This document shows positions 57,151 through 64,000 of a stretch of 64,000 nucleotides of DNA, one piece after another (positions within the stretch are counted from its first letter, which is position 1; the number at the start of each line of letters is the position of its first letter). A model generated the notes under the pieces. It was not told where the DNA came from, did no database searches, and saw only the letters and a program-made list of their open reading frames with translations. The DNA comes from Octopus bimaculoides. Its lineage: Eukaryota. The stretch lies in the NCBI RefSeq assembly GCF_001194135.2, contig NC_068985.1, positions 19,678,341-19,742,340 of the forward strand, written 5' to 3'. Position numbers and translations under genes: made by a program.

Positions 57151-59141
57151 TCTGTATCTATAAAAGAGAGTTTGTATGTGTGTATGTTCCTTTTGCATTC
57201 CAAAACCTAGTTGCTGATTTTGACATATGGGGTATCAAAAGATTCAGTAAGCTTTTGGCTACCAACTAAACTATATTTTCATTCACTTATTTGCATTACA
57301 AAAATTTAACATTATCATTTTTCTTTTAGTCACCTATCATAAACGACATCTTTTACCACCACCACCACCACCACCACAATGATGATGACGTCACATTTTC
57401 TATATGAGTGTGTTTACACATTCGCTACATATTTTAAGCTAATGACTGACAAGTATATGTGTGTGACAGTGTTTGTGTCTGTCAGTATACATATATTTTT
57501 GTGACGACTGACACACACACACACACACACACACATCTAAAGACACAGACACACACAGGAACAGAGATAGGCTTGAGGTGTGCGTTAATGTATGTCTGTA
57601 TGTGTGTGTGTGTGTGCCTTAGTATATGCATGTGACTTTATTCCCTCCNNNNNNNNNNNNNNNNNNNNNNNNNNNNNNNNNNNNNNNNNNNNNNNNNNNN
57701 NNNNNNNNNNNNNNNNNNNNNNNNNNNNNNNNNNNNNNNNNNNNNNNNNNNNNNNNNNNNNNNNNNNNNNNNNNNNNNNNNNNNNNNNNNNNNNNNNNNN
57801 NNNNNNNNNNNNNNNNNNNNNNNNNNNNNNNNNNNNNNNNNNNNNNNNNNNNNNNNNNNNNNNNNNNNNNNNNNNNNNNNNNNNNNNNNNNNNNNNNNNN
57901 NNNNNNNNNNNNNNNNNNNNNNNNNNNNNNNNNNNNNNNNNNNNNNNNNNNNNNNNNNNNNNNNNNNNNNNNNNNNNNNNNNNNNNNNNNNNNNNNNNNN
58001 NNNNNNNNNNNNNNNNNNNNNNNNNNNNNNNNNNNNNNNNNNNNNNNNNNNNNNNNNNNNNNNNNNNNNNNNNNNNNNNNNNNNNNNNNNNNNNNNNNNN
58101 NNNNNNNNNNNNNNNNNNNNNNNNNNNNNNNNNNNNNNNNNNNNNNNNNNNNNNNNNNNNNNNNNNNNNNNNNNNNNNNNNNNNNNNNNNNNNNNNNNNN
58201 NNNNNNNNNNNNNNNNNNNNNNNNNNNNNNNNNNNNNNNNNNNNNNNNNNNNNNNNNNNNNNNNNNNNNNNNNNNNNNNNNNNNNNNNNNNNNNNNNNNN
58301 NNNNNNNNNNNNNNNNNNNNNNNNNNNNNNNNNNNNNNNNNNNNNNNNNNNNNNNNNNNNNNNNNNNNNNNNNNNNNNNNNNNNNNNNNNNNNNNNNNNN
58401 NNNNNNNNNNNNNNNNNNNNNNNNNNNNNNNNNNNNNNNNNNNNNNNNNNNNNNNNNNNNNNNNNNNNNNNNNNNNNNNNNNNNNNNNNNNNNNNNNNNN
58501 NNNNNNNNNNNNNNNNNNNNNNNNNNNNNNNNNNNNNNNNNNNNNNNNNNNNNNNNNNNNNNNNNNNAATTGTATTAACCCCATGCCCAGTGTTGCCTTC
58601 CTGGCACTTGTGCCGGTGACACGTGTAAAGACATTTGAGTGAGATTGTTGCCAGTACTGCTGGACTGGCTCCTGTGCAGGTGGCACGTAAAATACACCAT
58701 TTTGAGCGTGGCCGTTGCCAGTACTGCCTGAGTAGCCTTCATGCCGTTGGCACGTAAAAGCATCCACTGCACTCTCAGAGTGGTTGGCATTAGGAAGGGC
58801 ATCTAGTTGTAGAAACTCTGCCAAATCAGATTGGAGCCTGGTGTAGCCATCTGGTTCACCAGTCCTCAGTCAAATCGTCCAACCCATGCTAGCATGGAAA
58901 GCGGACACTAAACGATGATAATGATGATGAAACAATACATAGTTTGCGATCCTTCTTGAGAACAGAAAGCACTTACATGCAAACTGTATCCGCCCCCTCC
59001 CTTCACTTTTAAAAAAACAATTACTTCCATTATGCCATTAACTATATATCAGCTGTGCCAATTCTGCCCATAAGAAAGGAGCAAATAATACAATGTGCCT
59101 GTAGGGCATAAGACCCGGGCAATGCCGGGATGCATTGCTAG
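57151..59141 (+). mobile_element. Putative non-autonomous Helitron (spans a gap, with nested RTE tail)
   Basis: 5' A|TCTGTATCTATAAAAGAGAGTTTGTATGTGTG at 57151; 3' hairpin CCCGGGCAATGCCGGG (59114-59129), then CTAG|T at 59138-59142. Confidence 0.55.
58575..58930 (+). mobile_element. RTE LINE 3' UTR copy with (GAT)n tail
   Basis: Matches 19934-20161. Confidence 0.9.
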
Positions 59142-59400
59142 TAGAAAGATAAAAGTGACAACTGGTATCAGCTCCATTTATGACATACATTAAAATCACT
59201 AGAGGCTGATAAAAGATCAGTTGTGGAAAGCTCATGATGGTTATGGTATATGCTAGTACACTCCTGGAACACTTACATGATATGTCCAAATTATTGGTAT
59301 TAGTAAAGCTGATGATAAGTGAAATCCAAAGCTGGATGAACAGAAAGGAGGAAGGAAGGAAGGTGTGCAGATAGTCTCTAACAGTTGTTCACCCATTTAT

Positions 59401-59779
59401 ACTCTTTTACTTGTTTCAGTCTTTTGACTGTGGCCATGCTGGAGCACCGCCTTTAGTCGAGCAAATCGACCCCAGGACTTATTCTTTAGAAGCCTAGTAC
59501 TTATTCTATCGGTCTCTTTTGCCGAACCGCTAAGTTACGGGGACATAAACACACCAGCATCAGTTGTCAAGCGATGTTGGGGGGACAAACACATACACAT
59601 ATATATGCATATATACGACGGGCTTCTTTCAGTTTCCGTCTACCAAATCCACTCACAAGGCTTTGGTCAGCCCGAGGCTATAGTAGAAGACAGTTGCCCA
59701 AGATGCCACGCAGTGGGGCTGAACCCGGGACCATGTGGTTGGTAAGCGAGCTACTTACCACACAGCCACTCCTACGCCT
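59401..59779 (-). mobile_element. SINE family B full-length, young-looking copy
   Basis: Very similar to 21775-22070, with the complete tail CTTTTACTTGTTTCAGTC. Confidence 0.92.
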
Positions 59780-60419
59780 ATACTTTTATTATATTAGTTT
59801 TTCATGCCTTAATCCAAACATCTGTTGATAAAGTAGCTGTAATAGCACTCAAGAATAATACCAGTAATTAGCTATCATCCTAGGGCCCTGTTGCTTATTT
59901 AAAAGCTAGTTAATGATTACTTTTTCCACTACTTTACATTGTTTATTTTTTTTATTCATTTAATTATTTATTTTCACAAAGGTGGAGAAGTTTTTGTAGG
60001 ATAAATAAAGTTGTTTTTACAGCTGGATGCAATTCTTACTGCAACTATTTTTGTCAGGAAAGCAAACTGAAACAAGCATAGTTTTGTCCCTTGCTAGGAA
60101 TATTACACACATACACACACACACAAATACACTCAGTCATTCATACACACACACACTCATACATACATTTATACCAATAATAATTGGAGCACTTGGTTTT
60201 GTTGGTAAATGCCTAACTGTCAGTCTGAATAAGCTTGGATTCTCAGAATGAGAAATCAACCAACTGATTGGCACATTACAAATACAATCTGCAAGTGGAA
60301 CAGTAAAACTATTTTTCTCAGGTTTAAAATGTGACATTGTTTTCGTTTCCAATGATAGAGCTTTGTATCTTTGTTAGAAACCAGTTCTTTCTTCAGAGGA
60401 AGAGTTTAAATGATTAAAT

Positions 60420-60746
60420 ATAGAACATGCATACATACATACATATATACTTACATACATATACACTCACTCACACACACACATATATATACATATATTA
60501 CATACATAATGGGTATATATATCTATATCTATATATACACACACACACATACATTATACTCTCACAAACATACTCTCTATATATGCATATATCTGTATAT
60601 ATGTCTGTATGTGAGATTTACTTTCTTCCTATTATTGTTCTCTTTTATATTTTTCTTGCTTTTCTCACCCCCTTTCTCTATCTGTTTCACCCACAAGGCT
60701 TTTTATTTCACTTTCTCCTGTTAATCTTGATTCCCACTTACTTTTG

Positions 60747-60795
<49 letters not shown>
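60420..60795. repeat. CA/TA-rich low complexity and (AT)n microsatellite
   Basis: Seen directly; (AT)n ~60748-60795. Confidence 0.95.
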
Positions 60796-60796
<1 letters not shown>

Positions 60797-61299
60797 TGAA
60801 GTATATTTGCCACCTAAACATGGCAGACCCATAGGAGACGATGCTACTGTTGTTTATAGCCCTAAGAAGACATTTCCTCCAGTTGGCTAACGACACACTA
60901 TCTGTGTCCCATTAGTATTTGCGAAGTGAAATCATTGTTCTCATCTCTAGCCTTATGTGATACACATGCACCTAGGTTTCTGGGTAGTAACCTGTCATCA
61001 GCATGTGATAATCACCAGCTAGTGATGAGAACTCATTCCAAATGCAAAATACTATATGCTTTTTCCAGTGACAAACTGTTGCTGATCTCAAAAAAGGAGA
61101 AACAAGCAATAATAAATCTATTGATGGTCGTGGTCACCATTATAGATAGTGGTCTGTGTAGTGTGACCATCTAATATTGACTCATATCAGAAGGCTGAAA
61201 TAATACATATAATGTGTCAGTTTGAAAAGAGAAGAGACCCAACTGAGTAGAAGGCTTATGAGATTTATTGATATATTTACATGCATCTGTGTGGGTTGT

Positions 61300-61620
61300 A
61301 TGTTTGCTGTTAACCATGGTGAGGTAGCTCACGAACAGTGCTATGTTAAAACCTGTGCAGTGTTGCTGGTGCTGTGTACGTAGAGATGTTGTTGATGACA
61401 TTGGTGAGAGACATGATAGTGGCGACAAGGATGGAGGTCACTGTAATGCTGTTGGACAGTTGTTGTCTGGTGTCATCACTGGAACTGGCTGTGTTGTGTG
61501 GTCAGTGGCTAGACCTTAGAAGGTCTGGAACCAACAGACCTTGAGACAAAGAGAAGTTGAGTTTTTATAAGTAATAGTAGGTTCAAATTGGAGCTTCGGA
61601 CAGACGTCACAAGGTGTTTG
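61300..61620 (-). mobile_element. Degraded relative of the Gypsy post-integrase region at 8680-8880
   Basis: On -: CACAGCCAGTTCCAGTGATGACACC and CTCTACGTACACAGCACCAGCA resemble CTACAGCCAGTTTCCAGCGACGACATC and CTCTACGTACTACCAGCA. Confidence 0.4.
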
Positions 61621-62044
61621 AGTTGCTGCATGTAAATAAAGAATAACACCATGCAATCAGTTAATAGAACCTTTATTCACTGCACAAAACATTTTCTTAA
61701 ATTAATAATACAACAAAGCATACACACTGGAAAAGACAATTCTGTAGTTATGGACAAAATAGTTGATTAAATAGGCTCTGTGAATATGCTGTCAAAAATG
61801 TAGATAAATCAAGTTAAATTCATCACTGCAATACTGTATCTGCTGTCTGCTCAGTTGACTAAGAAGTTGTTCAAATACAGTTAAGTGCTGAAAAATGAGA
61901 ATGTGGGATATGTAACACACTGCCTAAATACCAATCTTGAGAAATTATGCTTCTCAAAACCAGAAAGGAGAAAGCTGATTCAAAGACTACAGATCCAATC
62001 CATCACTGGAACTGCAAAAGTCTGTAAAACTTTCCAAAAGTTTA

Positions 62045-62220
62045 TCATCATCGTCTTCATCATTGTTTAACATCAGTTTTCCATGCTGGCATGGATTGAA
62101 CGGTTTGACTGAGGTCCGGAAAGCCAGCGGCTGCACCAGGCTCTGATCTGATCTGGCAATGTTTCTACAGCTGGATGCCCTTCCTAACACCAACCAATCT
62201 GAGAGTGTAGTGGGTGATTT
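62045..62220 (-). mobile_element. RTE LINE 3' end copy
   Basis: CATC..TGTTTAACATC..TTTCCATGCTGGCATGG...CTACAGCTGGATGCCCTTCCTAAC. Confidence 0.85.
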
Positions 62221-62959
62221 ATTTGAATGTATATGAGCATGTCTACATATACAACTATACACATGAGAATACATACATAAAACAAAGCATACATACATAC
62301 ATACATACATATATACCCTGTTGTTGATGTTGAAATTTCTATGAAGGAGCATTGGATCTAGGTTAGAAACTTGGTCTTTTTCTATTGGCAAGAAATCTTG
62401 AAACAGAACTGAATAATAACATAGATATGTAAGATATATGGGTGTGAAAGTGTGTATTTGTGTGAATTAAGAGATGAATGAGAAAGTGTGTGTATTAGGG
62501 TTACCATATTTTTTAGTACATTAATTATCAGGACACAGGACAGGAAAGGATCTCAGCTCATACATTCAAACACACACACACACACCAATGTAAACATGAT
62601 ACATACACACACTAATATTTAATATAAATTTTGTCTCCAAATATGCTGAGTACTTGTTTGTTATTATTTGCTGGTATCTGAGCTCTATGGTTAAAAGTAC
62701 CTCAGCTCATAATACAAACAATGCGTTTATGATTACATATAATAAACATTTAGTGTTGTTGTAAATTTAGGACCATATTACGATGCTTTAATTATGCCCT
62801 GATGCTTTAATTATGAATGAATAAGCCAAATTTTGATCAAGTAGATCTGTGATCAAAGGCATTTCAAACCACAAAAAAAAAAAAAGGAAAAAAACCCCAG
62901 CATCCATATGCTTTCTCCACAACACAAATATCAAGAAGTCTTCTTGTGAAGTGACCTGG

Positions 62960-63390
62960 GCATTATTATCAGCAGCAATTTGCACCGGACAAAGCACATC
63001 TCTAAAATTGTCAAGAAGGTATAAACTTGAACTTGCAATCTGGATAGAGTAACTGTAGATTTCTCGATAGCAAGACCTTTGCCAGCCAGTCTCCAGTTAT
63101 CTATTTAAAGTTGTATATGGCTATAGTGCAGCCACACTTGGAATTTGCATTACTGATCTGGAACCCCTATCTTGCTCAGGACATTGAACTCCTGGAAACT
63201 GTTCAGAGACGTGCAATGAAGTGAATACCCTCCATCAGGCATCTACCATACTCTGAATGCCTTGCTTCCCTGGGCATAGATATACTGAAGCTCCGACGTC
63301 TGGCAACTGACTTAGTAAATAACTACAAATTATTAACCATTGCACCAACAACCACCTTGAGCACCTTTTTAAGCTCCATGTGTTTAACAA
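62960..63390 (+). mobile_element. CR1-clade LINE fragment
   Basis: YLKLYMAIVQPHLEFALLIWNPYLAQDIELLETVQRRA...LPYSECLASLGIDILKLRRLATDL. Confidence 0.88.
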
Positions 63391-63924
63391 GATCTATATT
63401 TTGTAACGCACTGACTGGACTGCATATGCTTTAACCCTTTCGTTACTATATCTAATCTTTTTTCCGATCTTGTTGAATTTTTTCCAACTACTTCAATTTT
63501 TCCTAATTCTCACCCAATTTTTTTTTTTAATGTAGTGCTGATGTAGTTTCGCATGCTGATAGCAGAAACCGCATTCATTCCCCCGTCCCCCTAGAAATTT
63601 TAAAATAAGGAAATTACAAGCACGCAAGTTTAGCCAATAGAGATCCTTTTTGTTTTAACCAATTCTTTCTCCCCCACCAAATATTGTTTGTAATTTTATT
63701 ATAAGAAAAAAAAAAAAAAAAAAGCAAGTACGCTCAATACTGATCTGTTGTGCCCAGTTAATGTATTGAGGGTTGTGAGTTCAATAAAAGATTACATCCG
63801 TGGAGATTGTTGTTAATAACACTCAACAAGTAGAAAACACTTAGGCCTGTCTCAAACGAGGAAATAAACTGTACAGCCAAACAAAAAAGATCCGTGTTGC
63901 GGCTTAATTTTTTTTTTTAATTAA

Positions 63925-63985
63925 GGCGGCGAGCTGGTAGAAACGTTAGCACGCCGGGCGAAATGTTTAGCGGTATTTCGTCTGT
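63925..63985 (+). mobile_element. SINE family A 5' end
   Basis: GGCGGCGAGCTGGTAGAAACGTTAGCACGCCGGGCGAAATGTTTAGCGGTATTTCGTC. Confidence 0.9.
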
Positions 63986-64000
63986 GTGACACCGGTTGAG

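Noticed and set aside
60027-60834. H/T/Y/I-rich ORFs (also at 12274-12685)
   Set aside because: They are translations of CA/TA microsatellites.

Overview
AT-rich, repeat-dense eukaryotic genomic DNA. The SINE/LINE repertoire looks like an octopod cephalopod (probably Octopus); this is inference from repeat motifs. There are seven assembly gaps. Two host genes are supported. (1) A complete 13-exon DDX5/DDX17 (p68/Dbp2) DEAD-box helicase on + (ATG 36667 to TAA 51313, 746 aa). (2) An exosome subunit EXOSC5/RRP46 with an uninterrupted CDS on - (23249-23902), divergently oriented to DDX5. The rest is transposon debris: R4/Dong-like, CR1 and RTE LINEs; Gypsy LTR elements and solo LTRs; mariner, Tc1 and hAT elements; Helitron and Helentron-type elements; at least three tRNA-derived SINE families; and microsatellites. 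No CRISPR, rRNA or intact tRNA gene was found. The most interesting signal is in DDX5 intron 11, which sits at the motif-V position of the intron that autoregulates yeast DBP2. It has no recognisable SINE and carries a cryptic decoy/poison exon: a perfect TACTAAC branch point, an AG|GT acceptor and three strong GTAAG donors, with key sites folded into short hairpins. All three splice outcomes give premature stops. Other highlights are two near-perfect intronic hairpins in DDX5, a 5' U6 snRNA fragment in intron 1, and a foldback made of inverted telomeric repeats.
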